A stretch of DNA of 64,000 bases from Podarcis erhardii (taxonomy: Eukaryota). The number at the start of each line of letters is the position of its first letter. The stretch's first letter is position 1. Of this stretch, positions 27,280-42,158 are shown one piece after another. The notes below the pieces were generated by a model. It worked only from the letters and a program-made list of their open reading frames with translations, did no database searches and was not told where the DNA came from. The stretch is taken from NCBI GenBank assembly GCA_964252035.1, contig OZ176200.1; one strand, written 5' to 3'. The translations under genes and the position numbers were made by a program.

Positions 27280-27948
27280 TAACTTGCCCATAAGATGAGA
27301 GAAAGGAGGTCTCTGAAGAGCTCAGATGTTTTGGTTTACTTGATTTTTGTCTGTTAGTTCCTGGCGGAGATTTAGACTAGCAGCAGGTAAGGAAGTCTTT
27401 GGACTTTAGAAACACAACTCAGGTAATTCCCAAAGTTAGACTGGCACATTCAGCCAAGACACATTAGAGACTAATCTTTTCTTAGGCTGACTGAGGTTAT
27501 CATCCAGGTGAAAATTGGGCTTGACATCCTTGGAGAAAGCATGTGGGTGACCAAGCCCAGAAATGTGTTTTGGGAAGCTGTAGTGGAAAGCATGGCTCCA
27601 ATTCCATAGTGGAATGCATAGTTAGCAGAGTCATCTGCTGCTTGTACAAAACTGCATGGTTGTCCACATTACTTCTTCTTTAAGCTACAATTGTAAGCCC
27701 CTTGGGTTTATAACTTTCAGAAACACTGTTGTAACCTGCTCTGAGCCGTGCAATAAGGTAGGGCATAGCTCAGATAAATACCCCTTTGCTTACCCAGCTT
27801 AAATCATGATAGGCAGAGGTAACAGGAAAACTAAATTCTGCTGCTGGGCAGATCTGGGAATGTGGTTGCCCAAAGAGGCATCATATATTCCTTCCCACTG
27901 TCTTGTACAAGCTGTTAAGTTGCTATAGCCCCATGGTAAGCCATGAAT

Positions 27949-28020
27949 GTGCCTGGCGTGCTCTGGTCCATGGGGTCACGAAGAGTCGGACACGACTAAA
28001 CGACTAAACAACAACAACAA
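27949..28020 (+). mobile_element. BovB (RTE) extreme 3' end, 72 bp
   Basis: cctggcgtgctctggtccatggggtcacgaagagtcggacacgactaaacgactaaacaacaacaa; TSD AGCCATGAAT (27939-48, 28021-30). Confidence 0.9.
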
Positions 28021-29469
28021 AGCCATGAATCTGATCTCCTTGTTTGTTAAGGAAACTGGATAAAAGCGTAACATTTTTTCTCTAGTAACCTAAGAAGCAT
28101 GTCATCTTGGTCAGTAAAAATAGCATCTTTTTTGTGACTGACACCTCCAGCCCTGATTATTTTAACAGTAACCAAAACCAAATATTTTACTAGGTGAGGT
28201 TCCTTGCATCCCTGACAGACATAGCTAACAGTGGTTGCTCGTTCCTCCTACCCTGCTTCAACAGTTTTGCTGATTCGTTGTTGATAGAAAGGTGGTGATT
28301 AGTGGCATTATAATTATTGCCATGGCAACATCATATGAAGTTGCTAGGAGGGGAAGATGTCTGTGCAAGTCAGCATTTTTATGCTGAGGTAGGCGAGATG
28401 CAGTAAGAGACTCTAGCATTCATTTCTTATGTCATCAAAAGCAGCATGCTTGTGATAATATTGTTAGCAACCAAAAGTGAAATGATGCTTATAGTAACTA
28501 AGGTTCCACACACAGAGACCCCTTTCGTGACTATACCTGAGCGCAGCCTGGCTCTGTGTTCATGGGTCTATATATACCTAAACTTCCTAATAACTATAGT
28601 GTATGCTGTATGGTACTCTGAGAAAGATACCTCAACAAGTATACTTGTCTCAAACAGACAGTCCCAAGCTGTCCTCCCTTTTGGTGCAATTATTTGCACC
28701 CTTATCTTGGTGTAGGCCTCATTTAGATCAGTTCTACAGGCTGCAAGTCATGAAAAAATTGTTTTTGTATCCTCAAATTTTAACAAAACAAAGGTAGATA
28801 TTTCAACTAACATATCTAACAATTTTGGATAGGAGAAGACAGAACAAAGGAAAACTGGGGTGGGCCTCATCTTCTCTAACCTGTTTAACATTCAGCGCAA
28901 GAGAACCAAAACAAAACAAAAACCCTATATATAGTGGAGTATAGTGGAGATTCTGTATGTGTAGAGGGCGGCTTCTCATACTGCCCCTTACCAAGACAGG
29001 GCATTAAAAAGATTTGCACCTTCTCTAGTTGCAACTTACACAAATCAGGGACAAACGTCTTAAGCTGACAGCTCTCCTGCTCAGTACTGGTCCAGGAAGT
29101 AAGCAGACTAGTGGAAAGGGGAGATGACGGAATATGTGATGTCCTTTCAAAGTCCATAAAGAAGATGTTACAGAGAGGCCTTTTGGAAAATGCACATAGC
29201 CCTCATAGTTGCCCTTTACTGCATTTGTGATGGTGGGAAGTGGAGCTCCTGTCAACACTCCACCTCCAGTTCACTAGTAGAAACAATCTGACCTGGGGGT
29301 GTTAAGTGCATATTTTTGTGGTATGTGCAACTCATATTACTGCTGTAATTATCAGTTAATCTAGAATATGACTCTAATGATCTCACTTATCAGTGCCCTA
29401 GTATGGTATATAAATTGTTTCATCTGCCATGTTTTTACATATTGCTAACTTAAATTATTTATTTCCTAG

Positions 29470-29622
<153 letters not shown>

Positions 29623-31216
29623 TAACTAGTTCTTCCAAAAGTTCCCCACCCTTCTTATCAGGTACCTAGACTAGAATAACTGCATTTTTTTTCCCTATTG
29701 GCTGGATGCTATCCTGATAACATTTGAATAACAGCACAAGAAGTGTGGATAATGGAAGGTTCTATGTCAGGGCCCCTAGGGAGCAGCAGCATGGATAATG
29801 GAACCTTCTAACATGATCTGCCACATAATTCTGATGTGAGATCTGACCTTGATGAAGTCGTCTCCATGCATCATCAGAAATGTATAAGGCAGGCCTAAGA
29901 TGAATAACAGCATGGTTGCATTTATCCTTTCTCCCAAATTTCCCTAGTATTCTCTGTACTTCCCAAAACAAGCTCCGTAGCTTGTTATTGTGGAGCTCAT
30001 TTGTAAATTCAGTAGTAACAGGACACCTGTTTCTGACTGGGCTGGGACTCCACCATGAACAAACAAGCTGAATTCTCAACAAACAGCAAATGACATGGTA
30101 TCTCTACAGTACATAAGGAGAGGTGGAAACAAAGGCAGATCATCCCGCATTTTGTCTCTGGGCATTTTATATCCTGAGCCACCACACTTGTTAATCAAGG
30201 GATCTAGCATGTGACCATTATAACATTCAGTCCTCAGCAGCTAGATTCCTGGAAACATGTGTTAAATTTCCCCTTTTGCCATGTTGTTGCTTTTGCATTT
30301 TGAAAATCTACACTGGCTCTGAAATCCACATTTTTCAAGTTGCCTTTGTTGCTCTGTTCCCTTTTGTGACATTTTCTTTTTCCCCCCTTAAAATTTGAGA
30401 GAACATTTTGTACCGTCCATTCCTCATTACCTCTATCCAGGAAGCTTTTGTGAGCTAAAGAGGACAGTGTATTCGACTAGATTTTTTTTATTTTTAAAAA
30501 TCATCTTTATCAGGACTTCTTTCATATGCATAGCGTGGTGTTAGATGCAGCTAGGTAATGAGACCTAATTCATCCCAGCAGGTAGCCTCAGATGGAGTCC
30601 CAAAGTTGCTGGGTCTGAATTTTACAAAGGGCATTTCATATCCTTTGGGATTTGCCACCAAACTGAACTATCACAGGTTACTGAGACAAATGTAGGTCCC
30701 ATGAAAGCTCACAGAAGAAGCAGATGGTTAGGTGCATGGCAATAGGGTTCTCTTTTTGTGCTATGGCAACTATTGTTCTCCATCACCATTATCATCCTCA
30801 AAGCAGCAAGGAAACACTATGAAAACATTACACAGCCTGAGCTTGAGAGGCAATAAGCACCTGCTTTCCTTAGATGTTTGGAAAACTCAGACTAACAGCC
30901 TATTGAGAATGGTGCAGAAGGTGGCCATTTGCTTTCATTCACTGAAACAGCAGCTTAAGATTGTCTTTCATCTCAATTTAGCACACACAATTCTTCTATG
31001 TCCTACTGGGGACTTGCATCAAGAATATGTATTTTTTGTGTTAAGGAGAAGAGGACAGGGACAATTGCCCTAACCAAGAGGGGAAATCGTCTTCCAAGAA
31101 AGTATCTAAAAGACCTATATGTGGAGAATGTGTAGGTTCTAATGGTCACTCCCACCCCTCACCTGGCGTCCCCATAACCTTTTGGTGATCCATCTCACTT
31201 TGCTCACGTCCCATGA

Positions 31217-31429
<213 letters not shown>

Positions 31430-33138
31430 TAGCTACGGGCATCTTTATTATTATTTTTGGCAGAGTTGGCTTGTTGGCTCCAAATGGCTTTCTGTGTATG
31501 TATCATTTTGGGGGTGCAGATGGGGTCAAACACAATCCCACAGTCAGTGATGTAGTGCAGATCTGTACTTTGGTGCAAGTCAGCGGGTCACTCTCATGGC
31601 ATTGGGAGCTCTGCTTTTATCCACAGGACACAAAGATCTCTCTCTCGAGGTGAATCTCGGGGAGGGGGGGGTATTTTGCATAGTAATTTGTCATGCATAG
31701 TGATCCAGCCTCATAACATTCTACATGCCAGCTAATCCATGCTGAATTGCTTTGCTGATCAGCATCAGTGCTGTGCGCTTGAGCCTCCTTATTTTGCAAA
31801 CGAGCATAATTTTAAGAAATAAGACCTGGATGCCGCAGAACAGAAAATGTGCATTCTGTTTGCCAAATTCTCTGAAAACATTACTGACAGGATGTCCCAA
31901 ACAGGAAGTTTCCACAGAACATTGCAGTTTGATGAATCAACTGTTCTTTGGTATCTGAGAACTCATCGTAGAGCAAATGGGTTCTGCAGTACAAGTCTCT
32001 GCTTGTTCACTCAGAAGTTAAGTCACTCTCAGTTCAGTAAGGTGTTCTCCCAAGTAAGTGTGTAAGTAGGCCGAAGCTTGAAAGTGGATCCAGAAGTCAT
32101 GTCATTTCCCTCAAAAGTAGACTAAATGCTAACCTTTCACTAGCTACAGCTTAAGACAGTGGTGGATAGAAGTTGTGGAGCACCTACTTTTTTCTGGGAT
32201 ACTTGCAGAAAATGCTGAACTTGATGGTTCTAGTTAGGGTACTCCTCATGTTCTTAAGCAATTGTGCATTATCAGATTATGCCTTAATTTTTAAGAGATC
32301 CTGAGCATGCACTCTTGCTTTGTGGGCCAGAAGGGGTCTGATAGAAATAGACCATGCAATACTAAAGCCTTGCCTAAATGGACAGATATGCATGTCTGTG
32401 TCTTCTAAAGCGAAACAGGGAGCAGTATGATAATACTTCAGATGTAAACTGCATTTCTAGAACTCCCCTTTGACATGCCATTGTACCAGGCAAGGGGTTA
32501 CACCACATCTTTTTCCACTGCACACAGCTGAAGTTAAAAAAAAAATAAATGTCATCCATTTTTAATCTGCAGTTTTATAGATGGAATATCTGGTAGCTGT
32601 TTCCACAGCACAAGCAGAAGAGTTATATGCTCAAAAAATGCACATGGGACAGCCCTAATAAGATGTCAAGCACTGGCACTGCAAGAACAGATCTTCTCTG
32701 CCTTGCATCTGGGTTATGTCATGCCTTTTAACTTCTATATAGTGTCTTCATCAAATTTAGCTACTTTATTCCTGTGTGTAGAATGGGCACATGGCACTGG
32801 CTGTTTACTCCCCCAGATAAAGCTAGATTTGCCCATCTGCAGGTGGGTTGAGGCTACTGACTGTGGAGTTGTGTCAAAGCAATGTGGACTAGGCTGGTTG
32901 CTTGGAAACCAAAGCTGAAAACGGGAGGTGGGAACGAGTGCCACAGGAGTCCACAAAGCCAGCCCTGCCGGTCACGTTCTGATCCGAATTCCCAGCTCTC
33001 CGCATGGAAATCTGTTTGGCCTGTCCTGCAATGCATGATGGGAAGTTTTCCCCTCTCTTACCACCCATGACTGTTTTATTTTATTCTGTGTGCTGCTTCT
33101 TACTTTATCCTTTCAACCTCTTCTCCTTCTTTGCACAG

Positions 33139-33224
33139 ATATTATAGGCACGCTAAGGCCGGATGAGAAGGCCATTATGACCTATGTTTCATGTTACTAC
33201 CACGCCTTCTCAGGTGCGCAGAAG
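33139..33224 (+). CDS. ACTN1: ACTN1 alternative exon 8b (86 nt): [29 protein letters not shown]
   Basis: Long pyrimidine tract then ttgcacag|ATATT...CAGAAG|gtgaga. Same length and phases as 8a, open frame, 25/29 aa identical to 8a with many synonymous differences. Confidence 0.92.
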
Positions 33225-36200
33225 GTGAGACTTTACTCCTAACAAACCCCCTCCTCTTCCTTCTGTTTCCCGCCCACCAAATTTAGAGGAAGATACCCTA
33301 AACCGTTAGAGGTATGGAATCCAGTGCTGGCTGTCATATTGAGCTATCTAATATTGTCACAACTTCCTTGGCATCTTGGGTGATTTAAAAAACACTCTCT
33401 AGCTTTGTTGAGAACTCAGTGGATTTTTTTTTTCCAATGTAGTGGGTCTCTCTGCTTTTTCCCAGACAATATTTCTGGCCTAGAACACCCAAGTTGCAGC
33501 CTACTGGTTCAAATTAATATTGTAGAACATATTCAATACTTTGCTGACAGATCAGATGGCTGCCTATTGGAAAGTGCATTTCTAGTTTCAGCTGGGTGCT
33601 GGTTTCCTTAGAGCGCTCTGTTCTCAGTCATTTTTGGTGGCTGATACAACACTGGTCCACCATTGGCAATGCTAAGCCTGCTGGGAGTGTTTTAAAGACC
33701 CAGCTCTAGAGTTGCTTTTAGCCATCAGTAATAATTACTATAGGGCTAAACAACTGAGGTCAAGACTCCAAATGATGCTCAGTTGCAGAAGTTCTCTGAT
33801 ATTTTCCTCCATACTAATCTTTTGCTCCAGACTGTAATTTCTGCAGCTGGATTTAGTTAAGAACATGTTCAAAAAAAGCTATGCATGATTGAGCATCATG
33901 CGTAGAGTGCTCCCCATTCATGCAACCTAAAACCAATTGTTCAGCAGGGTTTATTTTATAAGCAAGAGGTCTCCGTTATTATTGGCAGTATACCAACAGT
34001 GGTCGTTAATTTCCGAGCAGCTACTTTTCCAAGTGAAGTCAGAAAATTGCCATTCAGCCTTTATGTGGCCATAAAAACAAAATCCCTCTGCTGCTGCTTT
34101 ACCATCAGTGGAATCTGGTCATGTCTATGTGGATGTATATAAATGGCCACTTCTGCTTTGACAGGTGTTCTCCCAATGGGAGACCTCAGAAGGTCTTGTT
34201 CTGTAGATGCCAAGCTCATGGAATTCCTACTCAGTTTACTTATTGTTTCATGGCCAAACTCTAGTGACTTGTGTAAGTTGGGATGGCTGTTCTCTTACAT
34301 CTTTTTCACACAGCCAGCCTTTGATGCCACAACTGATTATCACAGTCTCTGCATACACCTTTTAACTTTTTCTCTGCCCCATGTTGCTTCTCTTTGCTCC
34401 CATCCATCTGTGTCCTTCCTCTGCCAGTAGTTCTGCTGCTTTCCCTCCTTGTACCATTTACGGTGTCCCCTTACCCTTACGGCTTTTTTATCTATGTAAT
34501 CATCTCTCAGTGGATTTATCCTCCCTTGACATTTTGTACTCGTCTGCAAACTATTTGGCTTCTGTTGGTTCTGTATCACTGCTTAGATGCATTTTGTGGA
34601 AAAGCTTTGATTCAAACACACGTGTGTCATTAGCGTTGGCACTGACATCGTGCATCTATACCTGAGTAAAAGATGCCAAGGGGAAAACAGACCTTAGTCA
34701 ACTGAAATATTGCAAACTAAGTTGAAAATGTTTGTTCTGGGGCCTAATTCATATGTTACTGACATGCCAAGTTAGCTGCTGAAAAACTGACTTCACTGTG
34801 GCCTGCTCCCTTGGGCCTAACTCTCCATACTGAATGAGATGCAACATAGTGTGAAAGGATATCCACCACTGCTATGGGGCTTCTCTTTCCTCTCTTCTCC
34901 ACAAGCAAATTTCTGTTGCTTAAGCAGGCAGACAACATCGGATGTCACCAATATTTACAAGCATCTGAAAGTACTAAAGGACATATTTTGTAGTTTTTAA
35001 AATATGTAGTGACAGCAAACCTTCTAAATATGTATTTTTTTAAGAATACATTTAATCCACTAATTACCCTTTCAGCACAAGCTTATAGAAAATCCGGGAC
35101 ATGAGTGTTTCTGCAGGGAGCGTTCAAACTTTGCTCAAAGGCCATGTTTCCAGGTTTTTTTACCCTGAAATTGTGTAACACTACTCTGGATTTGATATAT
35201 ATCTAGCAGACAGCATAGACTATGGATCTCAGTGCTGTAGTGTTCTGGAATGGGGCACAAGAGCTTTGTTTAATGGTGGGGCCTAGTGCCTGATGCCTTG
35301 AAATGGCTGATAAGATACAAATGAGAACATCAGTTGCACAACATCTGGATAGTTGTCGGAAGATCAATATATAATCTCAGGTTTAGCAGAATCCAAAGTT
35401 TTATAATATATATATTTTTAAATTGAATACACTGACAGCTTGCTAGCCAGTCAGCCCAGCAATGAATTCATGACCTGAAGGAAAGAGTTAGGGTCCCTTT
35501 CCCTTTGTAGCAGTCCAAATCTGGGGCTATTGTAGAGTGATTCGCAAGCATGCATTTCGGCCTTGCCCAGGAGCACAGAGTGTCTTTTCAAGCTCTGCCC
35601 TCTTACTTGACAAGGTGACTTACTGTGATGTCGCTCCATTTCTCATTCAGATTTCTCATTACTGCTACCAGCCCTGAAGGGGAGGTCACATGATCAACTT
35701 TCTGCTCCTTTCATTCTCTTATACTGAGTCTTTAAAGGTACAGGGGCCCCAGCCTGCCATGACTTGTATGTGACTGGCTGCTTTTCCTTCATATGATTTT
35801 GTGTGTGTGCGTGTGTGTCTATGTATTTCTACACATATACTTGCTTTGGTCCATTTGCTTTCTTCTCCCCGCCCTAACTGCTTCCAACTTTAATAACACT
35901 AAACTGCATGAGTGTTTTTATTACTAGATGGTTTTAAATAATGTGTTTTTAATACACTGTCAAAGGAGATTCCTGGAAATAATTATAGGCAAGTATTTTG
36001 ATTAAGCTTCCATTTGATAGGTAACATTTCAGGATTCCATCATTAATCTGTGATGAAAAGACAAATGTCCACATTGTTTTATATATCTATTATATTAAGC
36101 CTTACACTCATTCATTTAGACACCAGGGGAGATAGGGAGCCATATCTATGCTGTTCTTTCTTAATGTTGAGACAAAGAGGCGAGGCATTATTGGCACTAT

Positions 36201-38939
36201 CTAGCCTTACCTGTTCTGTGGGTAGCATCTGAGATTAGCAGTCTAGTCACCTATAGGAAAATACTGTGGGCATGTATTTGCTTAAGATACATTTTGGACC
36301 CATTAATGAAAGTATACCCCTTTTGTTACTGGACAGTGGAACAAATTACCCAAATCAGTTATAAGTCTCTGTACTTGCAAGTTTTTAGGGAAAATAGCAA
36401 GATTTTTAGTAGAACAAACTTACCAGTACTTTAATATCAATACTTTAGGGATGTCAGATAGTGGCGGCATAATACAACCTTCTCCCTCTGCAATTCACAT
36501 ACATTTAATTGCAGCACCAGAAGAGAACAATTTATATTGAGAATGTTCAAGTGCTGCCAACTTGAAGTGGCTAAAAGAGGCCTGTTCAGTTTGAAAGCTT
36601 GCATAGTCCTTTCAGTGGTGGATAAAAGCAGGTTGTTTCTGCTCCAGAATTCAGTGCAAGCCCAAAATCTTAGGATTTCTAGAGACCAGCGAATGGTGCT
36701 TCAGTGCCCTTTCTAGTTCTGTGATTTGTCGATACAAAAAATATGCAAAATGAGAAAGTAAAGTTAATGCACATTCAGTTAATTTTCATAATGTTTTAGA
36801 ATTCAGCTTACCTTGGCATAAAAAAATGATTATTATTACTTTAAACACCACACATCCCTAAACAAAAAAAAAAGGTAAATGTCATTTTGGTTTATCTTCT
36901 CTGGAGCCAAAAGCTTAGTGTTGAATGTGAGCATCAGCATTGTAGGAAACTGCTTCGGTGTTCTCTCAGTTTTGATATGGAAGCTCCCTGTCTTACGATG
37001 GGATAGCCTGGTAGGAGTTTTTTAAAGCTATTTACTCATTTATTTATAAATATTTTTATTCTGCTTCATCCCTAAATCTGCCCAAGATAGCTATATCAAG
37101 ATGCTCAGAATGCTCAATTCTCTGCCAAAGTAAAGGAATTCTTAGAATGGTTTTGAAATATACTAAGAACTCAGCAAGGAAGCTGCTGGAAAAAAATGTC
37201 TCCATGCTGTAGATGTCCTGGGTTGGCAGGTAGATGGTTTCATCCATCTTGGGGGATTGTGATGAGGCACGTAGAACGAGATGGCTTCTCAGATATGTTG
37301 GGCCAGAGCAACCGTCTCTAACCAGCTGCTCTCAAAATGTTTTAGACTACAGCTCCTATAAGCCCAGAGCCAGCATTGTCCAGGGGCGAGGAACTTCAGG
37401 CCTAGGGGTGAAATGCAGGATTCTCCTCAAGCACAGCCTCTTTCCCAAGGCCAGACCACTTCTCTGGCCTTGCTTCACGACCTCCTTGAGAGTTTTTGCT
37501 TGACTGGGAAGTGGTGTTGGATTCTGATAATGACTTGTTGGTGTGGCTGGAAGACAGAGAAGAGGGTGTTAAGGGGATGTAGAAACTAAGCCTACTGTAC
37601 AAAGGTAAAATTGTTCTACCTAGTTTTGACTGTCCCTGCCCACTGCTGGCATGTTGCCTCCAGAAGGAAACACAGCCCTTGGGATGAAAAAGGTTTCCCT
37701 CCCCTGTTTTTGTCCAAATCAAACTGGAGGACACCAGTTTGGAGAAGGCTGCACTAGAGGGTTAGTTTTGTTTTTGTTTTTGCTAGTTCCAGTGAAGTCT
37801 AAAAGGAAAATAGAAAAAGGGTTTCAAACTTTTAACAAGCAATGGTTCAGCTTTTTAAAAAAATGAAATTATGTTGCTACCCTCTGAAGATCTGAAAAAT
37901 AATTCAGTGGATATATATTGTTGCATTGGTGTCCCAGTTCAAGTGGAAGATACAAGGGACAGTTTTGTAGCCTCTTAGGACTGATGAAAGTACAGCTTTG
38001 GACTTCAGGCTTTATTTCTCTTCCTGCTTCCCCTAGTCTGCTCTTTCATTTAGGCCCTCTTCCCTCATGTAACTTTGAGGCTGAATTGGCAGGTTGGGAT
38101 GAGTCTGTAGACTACTCAAACCCAATACTACCTTTGGCATTAATTTCTAAAAATTAAGTTATTCTATTTTTAAAAATCAGTTTATTCTATTTTAAAAAAT
38201 CTAGTGCAGTGTATGTAATAATGAGAACTCTTGTAAGATTAAGGGAAGTTCATGTTTCTTCCAAAACCTAAGAGTGTGAGACGATCACAGCAGAGCTACA
38301 GTTTCATATGAGAGCACTTTGATAGCTTTGAAGATTTGGATATGTATGGAATAGATGTCAACAGTAGACCTGTGGCTTCACACTTTCTTCAGGGGCAAGT
38401 TAGTTTTCGTGAGAAGTGATTCCTTGTAGCACCTCAAAGCAGAGGTGGAAGAATAACTACAACCAAAATGGAAAACATTGATCGTTTGAGGTGGAAGAAT
38501 GTTATTCTACAAGCAAAATGGAAACCATTGATCCATTGAGACAAATGGGGTTAGATTTTTACCTCATTTAGTTTTATAGGATGGTCTTGGAGAAGGTTTG
38601 GATAGGCACTTACTTGTTCCAAGAATAATTTTCCACTTTATGCATTCTATCTCATACCAGACACTGATGTGCATAGATATGGATGTGCACCTAAATGGAT
38701 ATGGGCAAGTGTAGAGGGTAAAAAACCTCTTAGGCATTGCAAGTGTACATTCATATCAAAACTCCCAGAAGAGAAGTGATAGCAAGAGCACTTCAAAATC
38801 TTCATAATGTGGAGATAAATTTGGACCAGTAACATTCTCTTAGACACAAAGTGGACTGTGCCTTTCCTAAAAGCATCAAGAAGCTGAAGGAAACATCTTT
38901 GTTAACAATGTATTTTTCTTTCTTTCTAAATTTCGTTAG

Positions 38940-39095
<156 letters not shown>

Positions 39096-39116
39096 TAGAA
39101 CATCCTTCTGCAACCT

Positions 39117-39210
39117 GGTTCTCAAAATGCTTTGGATTATAAACTCCCATCAACCCCAGTCAGGGATGATGGGCACTATGGTCTAAAACATCTGGAGGGC
39201 ACCAGATTGG
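39117..39210. mobile_element. Degenerate copy of the hAT MITE family seen at 25842
   Basis: ggattataaactcccatc...gatgatgggcactatggtctaaaacatctggaggg. Confidence 0.6.
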
Positions 39211-40053
39211 GGATGACGGCTATGGGACCTATATATTTCTCAGTTTTGGATCCCAGATATCAAAGCAACATATATTTTTAAGTATGCAGTTGCAGGAGTC
39301 TATAGTCATGTTAAATTCACTCTGGTGTGACCTTCAGGCTCATGTAAGTAATGTTCCTTTAGTGATCTGTTTGTTTGTTTATTTGTTATTATTATTATTT
39401 TAACCAAATAGCATTGTACAATACTGGGGCTAAGAAACTAAACACTAATAGGGGAAAGAAACAGATGACTTAGGCTATAGGAAAGAGTGCATTAACTGAT
39501 AGTTAGAAGTTGCTCCTGACATGTGAGTGGAATAGTGGCCTGCAGGTGGTGGCAGCAGGCATGGGCAAAACAAAAATGTTAAATTAACTCCAATGCTACT
39601 GCAGAAATTGTCAAAGGAAACCTATAATCAACCCAATTGTAGTAGTAGTAATACCACCACAAAATGAACTTAACTCAAAAGCCACAAGGGCTAGGAATAT
39701 ATGCAGCCCTGGGAAGACTATCCTCAGAATTGGCCCATCACCAAAAATCAGCAGAAATAAACTCAGAAGCATGATGTAGAAATACTAATTAGCCCTGTTG
39801 AAAATGAAAAGCTGGATTGCGTGCTTATCTTACTTGAGGTTTCATGTCCTTAAATATGCTTGTTAGTGTAAAGTCTAGAGATGCAAAGTGTGAAAACACA
39901 CACAAACAAACAAGTCTGTTAAACTAGATTTTTGCCAGTTGCTGAACCTTGCTGGCAACTAAAATTACAATCATGAAAGGCAAGATGATTGTAGGACTAA
40001 AACCACAAATAACAAAAAATCAAACCCTTGACCCTGTTAAATGTCAGCACTGA

Positions 40054-40386
<333 letters not shown>

Positions 40387-40969
40387 TAGGCACATGCTCT
40401 ATGGCTGCTGACACTTTCAAGTGGCCCATGTATCCCATCCTGGTATTCAGTGGACTTTCTCATCACAGCCTGTGGTCCACAGAGATAACCATTCATGAAT
40501 GGTATAGCTCTTGCAAGTTGACAGCATGTTCTTGTCATCCAACCGCTATAGAACATGGATGCAAAACGATTATTATGGGTGTCCCAGGTTGCTGTTGCTT
40601 AGGATCCACTCACCCCTGCATCAACACAGAAACCTTGGGGCATCAAGGACCCTGAAGGCAGTGGAAATCCTTCCACTTGATCATCTCAGGAAGGGGCCAC
40701 TCCTTGCATTGACATGTTTTGATAGAGGCAGAAGAGCCCCAGTAGGCTGCGCTTTCTTTCTGCTGTTCCTCATCATGTTTCCTTGCTGATATTCTCAGAT
40801 CCCGAAACTTCTTCAACTCCATACCTCTTTCACCACTGGTCCCAGAGGCAGTAGGAAGTACACTACTTTTGCAGGATCGCACATCTTCATATCATATTGC
40901 ACATCTTTGTATCAGAGAGCTGGCTTTTTAGCTGAGGACAGGGAGGTAGCGACAAGAAAACAGACCTCT

Positions 40970-41235
40970 TTCTTCTTCATCATCATCATCATCATCATTT
41001 TTTATTTGTATGCCGCCTTTCCACAGTTAAAAAACAATGCTCAAGGCGGCTTACAGCATGACAAGAGTTACATAATTACAAAAGTCATAAACAATAGATA
41101 AACCACATCAAAAAAATACACAACCAAATGGGAAACAATTTCCACATAAATCTAAAACTAAGAATACGGCATTAATATCAGTTTAAAATGACATAGGTAA
41201 AAAATAACAGCAATTTAAACAAAAACAAAAACAAA
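40970..41235 (-). mobile_element. L2-like 3' end with (ATC)n tail (boundaries approximate)
   Basis: tttatttgtatgccgcctt...gctcaaggcggcttaca, a typical squamate L2 terminus. Confidence 0.6.
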
Positions 41236-41870
41236 ACGGAGCCCTCTCTGCCCAGCAGCAGCAGCGGCAGCAGTCCTTTATAGAGCCCATCAGGCCCCGC
41301 CCTGGGCCAGGTGGTGAGTGGCAGGACTGGGGCCCTCAGGCGCTGAGTAGGGGGTATTGCTGCCATTGGTAGGTGGCAGATCCGTGCAGCAGCAACTGTC
41401 CAGGTCAACTGCTTTCCCCAGATGTTGCTTAGTTAGCTTAAGCCTTGCCTGTAGTTCCTACTGTCCCTGGTTCTGGTGCTGTCTGCTTATCAGTTTGTCA
41501 TACTCTGCAGCCCATTCATGCCCAGGACTGCTGGTGCTCCAGAGCCTTAGCCCTCCTCAATGGATTAGCAGCAGGCTTCTGCAGACACTTGTTTTCTAAA
41601 TTGCTTGTGGACCTTCCAGTGGTTTGCATGGTTTCTCTGTTAAAATGCCATTGTGCTCTAGTGTAATGGCAAGCAGTTGCCATTCTGTCAAAATTATTTG
41701 CCCACTTGAAACTTCCTTTTCACATCTCTTTCTGGCGTGATGCTGACCTTCAGTTAGCACAGGCCATTCGCAAGCCAGCTTGGGGAAACTATCTTGAGGA
41801 TGTTTTAGAAGATTTCCCTTCTTCTGAACTTGCTCATGCTTCCTTGACTGTGTTTGTGCTTCTGCTTTGA

Positions 41871-42158
<288 letters not shown>

